A stretch of 64,000 nucleotides of DNA from Nitrospirota bacterium (lineage in GTDB: Bacteria > Nitrospirota > Thermodesulfovibrionia > Thermodesulfovibrionales > JdFR-85): the NCBI GenBank assembly GCA_013152485.1, contig JAADGG010000025.1, positions 50-64,049 of the forward strand, read 5' to 3'. Positions 47,476-57,467 of the stretch are shown here, piece by piece. The translations under genes were made by a program, and so were the position numbers. Positions within the stretch are counted from its first letter, which is position 1; every line of letters begins with the position of its first letter. The notes beneath the pieces are model-generated. The model ran no database searches, had not been told where the DNA came from, and was given only the letters and a program-made list of their open reading frames with translations.

Positions 47476-48786
47476 ATGAAGAAACGTAACAAGACAAAAA
47501 AACTCAAGAACGACAAGTCCAAGAGGCTGTTCAAAAAGGCACGGCTGTTCATCCCCGGAGGCGTCAACAGTCCCGTAAGGGCGTTCAAGGCCGTCGGGGG
47601 CAGCCCGGTCTTCATAGCCTCGGCAAAGGGCTCCAAGATACAGGATGTGGATGGCAATGTATATATAGATTATGTGCTTTCCTGGGGACCAATGATACTC
47701 GGCCACGCTCATCCGACCGTGGTGAGGGCGCTGAAGGCGGCCGTTGAACGGGGGACGAGTTACGGCGCGCCGACGGGCCTGGAGGTGAAGCTTGCGAAGA
47801 TGGTGCTGAAGGCCTATCCATCCATGGATATGGTGAGGATGGTCAACTCCGGCACCGAGGCGACCATGAGCGCCATCAGGGCCGCCAGAGGCTTTACCGG
47901 AAGGGACAAGGTCGTAAAGTTCGAGGGGTGTTATCACGGTCATGCCGACGGCCTGCTGGTCAAGGCCGGCTCGGGAGCGGTCACCTTCGGAGTTCCGGAC
48001 AGTCCGGGAGTCCCGGGCTCTTACGCAAGGAATACGCTGACCGTGCCCTTCAACGACCTGAAGACGCTGAAGGGCGTCATCGAGAAGGACTGGAGGAACA
48101 TAGCCTGTGTGATCATCGAGCCTGTAGTCGGCAACATGGGCTGTGTCCTTCCGAAGAAGGGCTTCCTCGAAGGCCTGAGGAGGCTGACCAAGAAGTACGG
48201 GATCGTGCTCATCTTCGACGAGGTGATGACGGGATTCCGTGTCTCCTACGGGGGAGCTCAGGGGTACTACGGCATAAAGCCTGACATGACATGTCTGGGC
48301 AAGGTGATAGGCGGCGGTCTTCCCGTAGGCGCCTACGGGGGCAGGGCGGAGATCATGTCGGGGATTTCCCCCGAGGGGCCTGTTTACCAGGCAGGCACAC
48401 TCTCGGGCAATCCGCTTGCCATGACCGCCGGCATAGAGACACTGAAGCTGCTTTCCAGAAAAGGGGTGTACGAGAGGCTGGAGGAGAAGGCGAGGGCCCT
48501 GGAGGAAGGTCTCAAGGATGCCGCCAAGCGCGCGGGTGTAAAGACGAGGTTCTACAGGGCCGGCACCATGTTCTGCACATACTTTACGGACAGGGGGGTT
48601 CATGACTACAGCAGTGCAAAACTTTCGGACACTGAAAGATTTGCCAGGTTCTTCAAGGGGATGCTCTCAAGGGGAGTGAGCATAGCTCCGAGCCAGTTCG
48701 AGGCCGGATTCATATCACTTGCGCATACCGGCCGGGACATCGAAAAGACTATAGGGGCTGCGTACGAGGCGATGAAGGATATATAG
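47476..48786 (+). CDS. hemL: Glutamate-1-semialdehyde 2,1-aminomutase
   Basis: Has [28 protein letters not shown] and a PLP-Lys region. I prefer ATG 47476 to the track start 47416. Confidence 0.9.
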   Translation: MKKRNKTKKLKNDKSKRLFKKARLFIPGGVNSPVRAFKAVGGSPVFIASAKGSKIQDVDGNVYIDYVLSWGPMILGHAHPTVVRALKAAVERGTSYGAPTGLEVKLAKMVLKAYPSMDMVRMVNSGTEATMSAIRAARGFTGRDKVVKFEGCYHGHADGLLVKAGSGAVTFGVPDSPGVPGSYARNTLTVPFNDLKTLKGVIEKDWRNIACVIIEPVVGNMGCVLPKKGFLEGLRRLTKKYGIVLIFDEVMTGFRVSYGGAQGYYGIKPDMTCLGKVIGGGLPVGAYGGRAEIMSGISPEGPVYQAGTLSGNPLAMTAGIETLKLLSRKGVYERLEEKARALEEGLKDAAKRAGVKTRFYRAGTMFCTYFTDRGVHDYSSAKLSDTERFARFFKGMLSRGVSIAPSQFEAGFISLAHTGRDIEKTIGAAYEAMKDI

Positions 48787-48888
48787 TGCCTGTGGCGTAC
48801 TGTTCGCTGGTAAAAAAACAGACATAAACCAGGAACCGGGTCCAGTGACTTACCCGACAGGCGACCAACTACCTGCGAGGTGAAAGCT

Positions 48889-49872
48889 ATGAAGTGGTTG
48901 AGTTGGGTAACAGAAAGCCTCACCCTGAAGGGCAAGATAATTATTGCTGTACTGCTCCTCGTAATAATTGTCGGAGGTGGTGTCGTAGCCTTCAAGTTTT
49001 ACGACTTTACCCAGAATAACCCCAAATTCTGTATCAGTTGCCATCTCATGAAACCAGCCTACGACGCCTGGCAGAAGAGTGAACATACCGGTATCAACTG
49101 TCACGAGTGCCATCACCTATCCATCCCGGAACAGAACAAACTTCTCATTACATTTGTCCTCCACAGGCCGAAGAACGTCCCGCCGAGGCACGGCAAGGTG
49201 ATAGTGCCCTGGAAGTACTGCGTCGAGTGTCATTGGGAGAAGGACGACAAGTATCCCAACGCCAAGAAGATAAACGATTCCAGGATGCATGCAAAGCATT
49301 ACTTCATGGAGAAGATAGAGTGTTCCAAGTGTCACGGGTATGTGGTGCACAAGTTCACGCCGGAGGAGCGCTTCTGCCTGCGGTGCCACAAGGGCAAGGA
49401 GGTGCACGGTGTGGGCATGGAGGGGCTTGCGTGTCTCAACTGTCATACCGACAGGACGGTGGACCTCAGGCCCGGAAGGAAGAAGTGCCTCTTCTGTCAC
49501 GGCAGTGAAGAGGTCAGAAAGGAGCTCATAGCGGATAACACCATAGACGTGCAGTTCTTCCTGCCCGGGAAGGAGACGATCGGCAAGGCCGACAAGATCG
49601 ATGTCCCCAAGGATGCACCTATGCAGTTCTACTGCTACAAGTGCCATAAACCTCACGCAAAGATAATGCCGGTCTATGGCACATGTCTGAGTTGTCATCC
49701 GCAGATACTGAACGTGGGCAGGCACAAGCTGCATGTACAGACGATGGGTCTTGAATGCAAGTCCTGTCACCTGCCGCATTCGTGGAGGGTGAGCAGGGAG
49801 CAGGCCAAGACCACATGCACCCAGTGTCATGCGTACAAGGACCCGCTTACCTTTATCGGTCCCCAGGGTTGA
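48889..49872 (+). CDS. Membrane-anchored 11-heme c-type cytochrome with NapC/NirT/NrfH-like N-terminus
   Basis: One N-terminal TM helix, then FCISCHLMKPAYDAWQKSEHTGINCHECH (NapC/NirT signature). There are 11 CxxCH motifs counted by eye. SD GAGGTG lies 6 nt before ATG 48889. Confidence 0.8.
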   Translation: MKWLSWVTESLTLKGKIIIAVLLLVIIVGGGVVAFKFYDFTQNNPKFCISCHLMKPAYDAWQKSEHTGINCHECHHLSIPEQNKLLITFVLHRPKNVPPRHGKVIVPWKYCVECHWEKDDKYPNAKKINDSRMHAKHYFMEKIECSKCHGYVVHKFTPEERFCLRCHKGKEVHGVGMEGLACLNCHTDRTVDLRPGRKKCLFCHGSEEVRKELIADNTIDVQFFLPGKETIGKADKIDVPKDAPMQFYCYKCHKPHAKIMPVYGTCLSCHPQILNVGRHKLHVQTMGLECKSCHLPHSWRVSREQAKTTCTQCHAYKDPLTFIGPQG

Positions 49873-49963
49873 GCTGTAAAAAGCGGGCGGTGCTGTGTTC
49901 CTGATGTTTTAAGAGACTTTACAACGATAAACTTCATAACCAAAAACAAGAGGAGGCACGTTT

Positions 49964-50434
49964 ATGAGCAGTCATGTGTTGCGGCCCCTGTGGGTAGTGA
50001 TAATCATCGTCATCCTTATTCTCGTTGCAAGGTTCGTCATTGTTCCGCCTGATTTCGGAATCCAGGAGAGAGGGTTCATGTACGGGTACCACCGGAAGAG
50101 CAATGAGGATGACTGGAAGGCCTTCAAGGTGAAGTACAAGACGAGGAAGTACTGCAAGGATTGTCATCCTGACAAGTACGAACCCATCATGTCTTCGAAG
50201 CACAGGATAATCCAGTGTGAAAACTGCCACGGACCTGCCGTCGACCATCCCGAAGATCCGCCGAAGCTCGTCGTCGACAAGAGCAGGTCACTCTGTATAA
50301 GGTGTCATGCCCGCCTTCTTTATCCGAGAACGGAGAGGGCCAAGATCAAGGGCATAGATCCTGAAGAACACAATGCAGGTATGGAGTGCAGTATGTGTCA
50401 TAACCCGCATAAACCAGATATGGAGGGTTGGTAA
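49964..50434 (+). CDS. Membrane-anchored tetraheme c-type cytochrome
   Basis: 156-aa ORF with an N-terminal TM helix and four CxxCH motifs (CKDCH, CENCH, CIRCH, CSMCH). Confidence 0.8.
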   Translation: MSSHVLRPLWVVIIIVILILVARFVIVPPDFGIQERGFMYGYHRKSNEDDWKAFKVKYKTRKYCKDCHPDKYEPIMSSKHRIIQCENCHGPAVDHPEDPPKLVVDKSRSLCIRCHARLLYPRTERAKIKGIDPEEHNAGMECSMCHNPHKPDMEGW

Positions 50435-51204
50435 TGAGTATATCGCGTAGAGACTTTTTATTGTCCACTCTGAAGATAGCTGCTGCATCGGCGCTGCCGC
50501 TGAGTGCATTCAAGATTCTGAGCCCTGCGGAGGCAAGGGCCGCGATCGAGGCCACCAGTGTAAGGTGGGGCTTCCTGGTCGACACCTACAAGTGTGTGGG
50601 CTGCGGGTTCTGCGTGAAGGCCTGCAAGCTCGAGAACGAGGTGCCATACGATGCCCCCGTCACCAGGACGTGGGTCGAGAGGTATCTCATACTGAAGGAC
50701 GGCCGGATGGTGGCTGATACACCCCTCGGCGGGAGGGACGGATTCACCAAGCTCGAGATACAGGAGGAGATAGTAGAGCCCAAGGATGTCTCGAAGGCCT
50801 TCTTCGTTCCCAAGCTCTGCAACCAGTGTGAAAATCCGCCCTGCGTTCAGGTGTGTCCCGTCGGTGCGACCTACCAGACGGCTGACGGTGTTGTGCTTGT
50901 CGACAGGACGTGGTGCATCGGATGCGGTTACTGCATAATGGCGTGTCCCTACGGCGTGAGGTTCTTCCACCCCGTGTACAAGGTGGCGGAGAAATGCACC
51001 TTCTGCTATCACCGCATCAACAAGGGCATGAAGACGGCCTGTGTGGGGGCCTGTCCGTTCGGAGCGAGGCAGATAGGGAACCTGAAGGACCCCAACGACC
51101 CTGTTACAAAGACGATCATGACTGAGAGGGTTGCTGTCCTGAAAGATGAATATGGAACAAAACCCCAGGTCTACTACATCGGCCTGGATGAAAATGTGAG
51201 GTGA
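50434..51204 (+). CDS. Tat-exported 4Fe-4S ferredoxin-type subunit (NrfC/PsrB/HybA-like)
   Basis: MSISRRDFLL twin-arginine signal and several CxxCxxCxxxCP cluster motifs. The start overlaps the upstream stop (TAATG). Confidence 0.85.
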   Translation: MSISRRDFLLSTLKIAAASALPLSAFKILSPAEARAAIEATSVRWGFLVDTYKCVGCGFCVKACKLENEVPYDAPVTRTWVERYLILKDGRMVADTPLGGRDGFTKLEIQEEIVEPKDVSKAFFVPKLCNQCENPPCVQVCPVGATYQTADGVVLVDRTWCIGCGYCIMACPYGVRFFHPVYKVAEKCTFCYHRINKGMKTACVGACPFGARQIGNLKDPNDPVTKTIMTERVAVLKDEYGTKPQVYYIGLDENVR

Positions 51205-52460
51205 TGAAAATGACAGAAGCATGGTCGTATCCTGAAGCCTTATGGACGGTTAAAGATCTTTTTGTCTACCCGAACGAATACATCTACTGGAGTGTCCAGA
51301 TCGTCATGTACCCGTTGATGACTGGACTGGTTGCAGGAGCGTTCGTCCTGTCGTCCCTGTACCATGTCTTCGGACTGAAGGACCTGAAGGATATGGCGAA
51401 GTTCTCTCTCGTCTTCTCTTTCGCCCTGCTCCTGGTGGCGCCGATGCCGCTCATGTTTCACCTGCAGCAGCCGCTGAGAGGCATGGAGGTCTTCTTCACA
51501 CCGCACTTCACATCCGCGATCTCCGCTTTCGGTATAGTCTTCTTCTCGTACTCGATAGTCGTGGCCACGGAGATATGGTTCGTATACCGGAAGTTTTTCG
51601 TCGAACAGGCCATCGCCCTGAAAGGCAAGGAGGGGCTCGGCAACAGCCTCAAGCAGAAGCTGTACTCTCTCCTTACGCTCGGGGCATACGACATAAGTGA
51701 AAAGGCACTGCACAAGGACGAAAAGGCGGTAAAGATCCTCGCAGGAATCGGTATACCCGTCGCCTGCTTCCTCCACGGCTATGCAGGCTTCATTTTCGGT
51801 TCGGTCAAGGCGAACGCCCTGTGGATGACGCCGCTTATGCCCGTCATATTCATAATGTCGGCCATCGTCTCGGGTATCGCCCTCTGTATGCTCACCTACA
51901 TAGTGATAATGGAGTGGAAGAAGTTCAGGATCAAGACCTCCAGGAAGTCGTGGGACGTGACGGCTGCCGAGGTCGGTGGTGCCGAGGTCGATCTCATAAG
52001 GAAGACCTCGAGGTATCTCATCGGTTTCATGATAGCCGCAATAACGCTCGAGATACTCGACCTCGTCTTCAGGGGATACACGGCCGTGAAATCCTGGGAG
52101 ATACTCCGTTCCGTCATATACGGGAAGGACTTCGTCGACATATTCATCCTGCAGTACGGGTTCGGAAACCTCCTTCCCTTCATAATGCTCGTCCTGCCCG
52201 GTCTCACGATAAGGCGGACCGCGATCGCCCTTGTCCTGGTCATCTTCGGTGTCTTCATGATGAGGTGGAACGTCGTTATCGGCGGACAGGCGTTTTCTCT
52301 ATCGTTTGCCGGATACATGCACTACAAGCTGCCGTTCATCCCTGAGAACATAGAAACTTACAAGGAGGGCTTTTTCGGCGCACTCACCATAGGGTTGATG
52401 CCCTTCGCCCTCTTCTGGGTCATAAACAAGTTCATTCCGTCTCTGAAGTACCACAAGTAG
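51204..52460 (+). CDS. NrfD/PsrC-like polytopic membrane subunit (quinone-interacting)
   Basis: ~418-aa highly hydrophobic protein with many TM helices, placed after the FeS subunit as in NrfCD/PsrBC/Qrc/ACIII modules. Its start overlaps the FeS stop (TGATG). Confidence 0.75.
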   Translation: MKMTEAWSYPEALWTVKDLFVYPNEYIYWSVQIVMYPLMTGLVAGAFVLSSLYHVFGLKDLKDMAKFSLVFSFALLLVAPMPLMFHLQQPLRGMEVFFTPHFTSAISAFGIVFFSYSIVVATEIWFVYRKFFVEQAIALKGKEGLGNSLKQKLYSLLTLGAYDISEKALHKDEKAVKILAGIGIPVACFLHGYAGFIFGSVKANALWMTPLMPVIFIMSAIVSGIALCMLTYIVIMEWKKFRIKTSRKSWDVTAAEVGGAEVDLIRKTSRYLIGFMIAAITLEILDLVFRGYTAVKSWEILRSVIYGKDFVDIFILQYGFGNLLPFIMLVLPGLTIRRTAIALVLVIFGVFMMRWNVVIGGQAFSLSFAGYMHYKLPFIPENIETYKEGFFGALTIGLMPFALFWVINKFIPSLKYHK

Positions 52461-52477
52461 ACACGCCGACCTGTATT

Positions 52478-52515
52478 CCAGGCGGCGGGGACGTCCCGCC
52501 GCCTGGAGATTTTTT
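52478..52515 (+). terminator. Strong rho-independent terminator closing the cytochrome operon
   Basis: Perfect 12-bp stem ccaggcggcggg (52478-52489) with cccgccgcctgg (52495-52506), a 5-nt loop, then aga and T6 (52510-52515). Confidence 0.8.
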
Positions 52516-52671
52516 GTCCGTATTTGTTTTAAAATCAGTCTGTGTCACGGTGTTACCGTAATAGGATTCCGCCGGCCTGCTGCAGGAAGCTCGACCCGCC
52601 CTTCCCGAAGAAGGAGATGCCTGCCAAGCCCCCGTATACTCTCGCCGGTCTGCTTTTGAGCGGGTGACGGG

Positions 52672-52914
52672 GTGGGGAGAAACAACAAGAGGAAGGAACT
52701 GTGGCGTCAGCTGATGGATGCGAGCGTCCTCCCGCTGAACCTCGTGGCCGCAACCTTCGTGGGGTTTGCCATCGGGTACGGTCTCGACAGTCTCTTCGGG
52801 ACCTCTCCGTATCTCACGGTCTTCTTCTTCATCATGGGCATAATTGCAGGCTTCAGGGAACTCTTCAGGTACGCAAGGAGAATGGAACGTGAAGATGATA
52901 AGAAGGATAAATAG
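52672..52914 (+). CDS. atpZ: AtpZ/AtpI-family small membrane protein
   Basis: 80-aa ORF (GTG start) with two TM helices. The pattern LNLVAATFVGFAIGYGLD......FFFIMGIIAGF is typical of AtpZ (PF09527-like). Confidence 0.6.
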   Translation: MGRNNKRKELWRQLMDASVLPLNLVAATFVGFAIGYGLDSLFGTSPYLTVFFFIMGIIAGFRELFRYARRMEREDDKKDK

Positions 52915-53248
52915 ACAGGCGGCTTACATACTGATCCCGCTGTCTCTGTTGTCGGCCTTCTTTGACTGGAAGAGGCTGCCCCTGAGCATACTGACCGGAG
53001 GGGCTTTGGCCCTCGTCAACCTGAAGGGTATTCAATGGGGAGTGGTCGGCCTGACGAGTCCCGAGGCCGTCCGGGGGGCGACCGGGAAGCTCCTCTTCTT
53101 CAGCATGTTCCGCCTCCTGATCGTCTTCATTGTACTTGCGGCGCTGCTGTACCTCGGGCTCATAAACGTCTTCGGAGCCCTTACCGGCCTTACGGTGGTC
53201 TTCGTGCTCGTGATGAAAGAGGGGCTGGTTGAGGCCCGGCGGCTGTGA
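52895..53248 (+). CDS. atpI: ATP synthase protein I-like membrane protein
   Basis: 117 aa from ATG 52895, overlapping the atpZ end. It is a four-TM hydrophobic protein resembling AtpI. No atpB/E/F follows. Confidence 0.5.
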   Translation: MIRRINRQAAYILIPLSLLSAFFDWKRLPLSILTGGALALVNLKGIQWGVVGLTSPEAVRGATGKLLFFSMFRLLIVFIVLAALLYLGLINVFGALTGLTVVFVLVMKEGLVEARRL

Positions 53249-53322
53249 CCCCCTGCGCCCACACCGCGGACAGCCCCGCTTATTGCATAAAACCGTGCTG
53301 ATTATTTAAGATTATAAGTAAG

Positions 53323-56001
53323 ATGGTATCCATTATAAAAAAGATTTTCGGGACAAAGAACGACCGGGAGATCAAGAGGCTCTGGCCCATGGTCGAACGT
53401 GTCAACGGTCTCGAGGCAGAGATGTCTTCCCTGTCGGATGCCCGCCTCAGGGACAAGACGGACGAGTTCAAGCGGCGTCTCGAAAAGGGGGAGACCCTCG
53501 ATGAGCTCCTTTATGAGGCGTTTGCTCTCGTCAGGGAGACATCGAAGCGGCTCCTGAAGATGAGACACTTCGATGTCCAGGTCATCGGCGCCATCGTCCT
53601 TCACGAGGGCAAGATCGCAGAGATGAAGACGGGCGAGGGCAAGACCCTTGTTGCGACCATGCCCGTGTACCTGAACGCCATCGAAGGCAAGGGCGTCCAT
53701 GTCGTGACCGTCAACGACTACCTTGCAAAGAGGGATGCCCAGTGGATGAGTCCCATATACCACCACCTCGGCCTCTCCGTCGGCGTCATACAGCATGATG
53801 CATCCTTTCTCTACGACCCGGAGTTCCGCTCCGACGACAAGCAGCACGACCGCCTCAGGCCGTGCTCCAGAAAGGAGGCCTACGCTGCCGACATAACCTA
53901 CGGGACGAACAACGAGTTCGGCTTTGACTACCTGCGGGACAACATGAAGTACGACATCAACGACTACTGCCAGAGGGAGCTCAACTACGCGATAGTGGAC
54001 GAGGTCGACAGCATCCTTATAGACGAGGCGCGGACTCCGCTCATAATATCGGGGCCCTCGGAGGAGTCGACCGACAAGTACTACAAGATCGACAGGATAA
54101 TCCCGAGGCTCAAGAAGGATGTCGACTTCACGATAGACGAGAAGGCGAAGACGGTGATACTTACCGAGGAAGGAAGCATAAAGGCCGAGCAGCTCCTCGG
54201 TGTGGAGAACCTCTTCGACCCCGTCAACATAGAGCTCGTCCATCACGTGCTGCAGGCGCTAAAGGCCCACCACCTCTTCAAGCGCGACGTCGACTATGTC
54301 GTCAAGGACGGGCAGATCATCATCGTGGATGAATTCACCGGCAGGCTGATGCCGGGAAGGCGCTGGTCGGACGGCCTTCATCAGGCGATCGAGGCCAAGG
54401 AAGGTGTGAAGATCGAGAGTGAAAACCAGACCCTCGCAACCATAACATTCCAGAACTATTTCCGCATGTACAACAAGCTTGCCGGCATGACGGGCACCGC
54501 CGATACAGAGGCCGAAGAGTTCGCCAAGATCTACGACCTCGACGTGGTGGTCATACCGACCAACAAGCCCATGGTCCGCAAGGACTATCCGGACATGATA
54601 TACAAGACCGAACGTGCCAAGTTCAATGCGGTCCTGAACGAGATAGAGGACTGCTACAAGAGGGGGCAGCCCGTGCTCGTCGGAACGATATCGATCGAGA
54701 AGTCCGAACTGCTCAGCAAGATGCTCAAGAAGAGGGGAATCCCCCACTCCGTCCTGAATGCAAAGTATCACGAGAAGGAGGCGCAGATAATCTCACAGGC
54801 CGGCAGGCCCGGCGCCGTCACCATTGCAACCAACATGGCGGGCAGGGGCACTGACATAGTCCTCGGAGGCAACCCCGAGGGTATCGTGGCCGAACTCCTG
54901 AAGAACAAGAAGGACCCCACCGAAGAGGAGAAGCAGGAGGCCCTCAAGCGTGCGGAGGCCATGTGCCGAGAGGACCGTGAGAAGGTCGTACAGGCCGGCG
55001 GGCTCCACATACTCGGCACCGAGAGGCACGAGGCGCGGAGGATAGACAACCAGCTGAGGGGCCGGTCGGGCCGTCAGGGAGACTCCGGTTCATCGAGGTT
55101 TTACCTCTCGCTCGAAGACGACCTCATGCGCATATTCGCCTCGGACAGGATCTCGGGACTGATGGGCCGGCTCGGGATGGACGAGAGCATCCCGATCGAG
55201 AACAGGATCGTCTCCAAGGCGATCGAGAATGCGCAGAGGCGCGTCGAGGCCCACAACTTCGACATAAGAAAGCATCTCATAGAGTACGACGACGTGATGA
55301 ACAAGCAGAGGACCGAGATCTATGCCTTCAGGAGGGAGATACTCGAGTCCGAATCCCTCAAGGAGAAGATAGAGGAACTGATCGAGGAGACGGTCGACTC
55401 CCTGCTGGCCGTCTACTGCCCCGAAGACCGCCACCCCGAATACTGGGACATCAAGGAACTGAACGACTCGCTTTACGGCCTCTTCGGTCTCAGGTCTGAG
55501 AAGGCATCCGAAATACAGGGGATCGAGGCCCTGAGGCAGACTGTCGTCGAGGAACTGAAGGCCTATTACGAGAAGAAGGAAGAGGAGATAGGCAGTGACC
55601 TGATGCGCTATCTCGAGAAGATCATAATGCTCCAGGTGGTGGACAACCAGTGGAAGGATCACCTCCTCGCCATGGACTACCTCAAGGAGGGTATCGGGCT
55701 TAGGGGTTACGGCCAGAAGGATCCCCTCGTGGAGTATAAACGCGAGGCATTCGACATGTTCTCGGAGATGACGGATCGTATAAGGACCGAGGCCCTTACG
55801 AGGCTTTACAGGGTGCAGGTCAGGTCCGAGGAGGAGGCCTCGCGGGTTTCTCGGCAGCAGCAGTTACGACTTGTCTACAACCGCGGCAACGGCTCCGAGT
55901 CGCAGCAGCCCGTAAAGAGATCGAAGAAGGTCGGCCGCAATGCGCCGTGTCCCTGCGGCAGCGGAAGGAAATACAAGAAATGCTGTGGAGTAAATGCCTA
56001 A
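53323..56001 (+). CDS. secA: Preprotein translocase ATPase SecA
   Basis: 892-aa ORF with MKTGEGKT, the [19 protein letters not shown] motif and the C-terminal zinc motif [14 protein letters not shown]. Confidence 0.97.
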   Translation: MVSIIKKIFGTKNDREIKRLWPMVERVNGLEAEMSSLSDARLRDKTDEFKRRLEKGETLDELLYEAFALVRETSKRLLKMRHFDVQVIGAIVLHEGKIAEMKTGEGKTLVATMPVYLNAIEGKGVHVVTVNDYLAKRDAQWMSPIYHHLGLSVGVIQHDASFLYDPEFRSDDKQHDRLRPCSRKEAYAADITYGTNNEFGFDYLRDNMKYDINDYCQRELNYAIVDEVDSILIDEARTPLIISGPSEESTDKYYKIDRIIPRLKKDVDFTIDEKAKTVILTEEGSIKAEQLLGVENLFDPVNIELVHHVLQALKAHHLFKRDVDYVVKDGQIIIVDEFTGRLMPGRRWSDGLHQAIEAKEGVKIESENQTLATITFQNYFRMYNKLAGMTGTADTEAEEFAKIYDLDVVVIPTNKPMVRKDYPDMIYKTERAKFNAVLNEIEDCYKRGQPVLVGTISIEKSELLSKMLKKRGIPHSVLNAKYHEKEAQIISQAGRPGAVTIATNMAGRGTDIVLGGNPEGIVAELLKNKKDPTEEEKQEALKRAEAMCREDREKVVQAGGLHILGTERHEARRIDNQLRGRSGRQGDSGSSRFYLSLEDDLMRIFASDRISGLMGRLGMDESIPIENRIVSKAIENAQRRVEAHNFDIRKHLIEYDDVMNKQRTEIYAFRREILESESLKEKIEELIEETVDSLLAVYCPEDRHPEYWDIKELNDSLYGLFGLRSEKASEIQGIEALRQTVVEELKAYYEKKEEEIGSDLMRYLEKIIMLQVVDNQWKDHLLAMDYLKEGIGLRGYGQKDPLVEYKREAFDMFSEMTDRIRTEALTRLYRVQVRSEEEASRVSRQQQLRLVYNRGNGSESQQPVKRSKKVGRNAPCPCGSGRKYKKCCGVNA

Positions 56002-57382
56002 AATACTCGTTATAGCCCCTCCCTCCAAGGACCCGACCCCCATACTCCATGACTGCGGCTTCAGCGACCTGACCCTGAAGAGAGACCTTCCGGCCAAAGG
56101 GGAGAGCCAGGAGCTGCCCCCGGACATAATAATCCTCAACGAGGGCCTTACAACCAGAAAGGGCCTCCAGCAGCTCGACAAGGCATTCCCCGCGGTGCCG
56201 AAGGTGGTCCTTTCGGCAAAGGAAAACAAGAGGCTTTCCTTTGTGAGGGAGAGGCCCCTGTCAGACCTGCTGGTGAATCCCGAGTGTGAGGAGCTGATGG
56301 AGTCCATAAAGAGGCTGCAGTACGAGAAGAGGCTGCTGGCCGAGAACCTCTCCCTGAGGAAAGAGGGGGCCGCCCTCTGCAGGCTGACCGAGCTGTTCGA
56401 CGAGATCAGCCGCATGTTAATGAATTCGGATGATTTGGACGATATAGTCTCAAGGATAATGAACAGGATAAAGTCTGCTGTCGGTGCACGGGGCTGGGCC
56501 ATACTGTTGAGGGACGATACGAGTAATGAGTTGTATCTCATGCAGGCCTCCGCCAAGAGGTCCAAGCGCTCCCGGAGAGGCAGGCTGAAGATAGGTGCCG
56601 GGATTGCAGGCTGGGTCGTTGAGAAGGGAAAGCCGGTGATAGTCAATGACGTCAGAGAGGACGGAAGGTTCCTTGCAGGGATGGACGGATATCCCGGGGT
56701 CGACACGAAGTCCGTCCTGACCGTCCCTGTCGGTGACAAAGAGCGGATGCTCGGTGTTATCGAGCTGATCAACAAACGCGCTGCCGGCGGGTTTACCGAT
56801 GACGACCTGAGTCTCGTCACGAGGCTGTCAGGCCTTGTGGCGACGGCGATCAACCTCACGTCCATACATCAGAAGATGGCGGAGCTCGCCATAACCGACG
56901 ACCTCACGAAGCTGTTCAATTCGAGGTACCTACAGAGGACCCTCGACATGGAGGTCGAGAGGTGCAAACGCTACAAGACCTCGGTCTCCCTGATATTCAT
57001 GGATATCGACTACTTCAAGAACATAAACGACCGGTACGGTCACCTCGTGGGCAGCAAGGTGCTCGTGGAGGTCGGGCAGCTCCTGCTCAGTAAGCTCCGG
57101 TCGGTTGATATCGTGGCGCGTTACGGGGGCGACGAGTTCGTGATAGTCCTGCCCCAGACGTTTCCAAAGTACGCAACCCGGATCGCCGAGCGGCTGAGAA
57201 AGACCATCTCTTCCACGGTCTTCCTCAAGAAGGAGGGGTACAGCATCAGGCTCACCGCAAGCTTCGGAGTCGCCTCGTATCCCGAAACCGCGGGTTCCAA
57301 GGAGGATCTGATGCGGCTTGCAGACGAGGCGATGTATAACGTGAAATACCAGACAAGAGACGGGGTTTATGCTATAATCTAA
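55994..57382 (+). CDS. Diguanylate cyclase: pseudo-receiver, GAF and GGDEF domains
   Basis: 462-aa ORF. The N-terminal receiver-like fold has no acidic pocket ([10 protein letters not shown]; IIILNEG at the phosphoacceptor position). A GAF-like middle region follows. GGDEF has an RSVD I-site 5 residues upstream ([14 protein letters not shown]). The start overlaps the secA stop by 8 nt. Confidence 0.8.
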   Translation: MPKILVIAPPSKDPTPILHDCGFSDLTLKRDLPAKGESQELPPDIIILNEGLTTRKGLQQLDKAFPAVPKVVLSAKENKRLSFVRERPLSDLLVNPECEELMESIKRLQYEKRLLAENLSLRKEGAALCRLTELFDEISRMLMNSDDLDDIVSRIMNRIKSAVGARGWAILLRDDTSNELYLMQASAKRSKRSRRGRLKIGAGIAGWVVEKGKPVIVNDVREDGRFLAGMDGYPGVDTKSVLTVPVGDKERMLGVIELINKRAAGGFTDDDLSLVTRLSGLVATAINLTSIHQKMAELAITDDLTKLFNSRYLQRTLDMEVERCKRYKTSVSLIFMDIDYFKNINDRYGHLVGSKVLVEVGQLLLSKLRSVDIVARYGGDEFVIVLPQTFPKYATRIAERLRKTISSTVFLKKEGYSIRLTASFGVASYPETAGSKEDLMRLADEAMYNVKYQTRDGVYAII

Positions 57383-57467
57383 AATAGACCGCGGGTTGCT
57401 CCTCGTGGAGACGGATACAGGTATGATTTTCAGGCTATGAACATGTTTTTTTCGATGATGGGGGACA

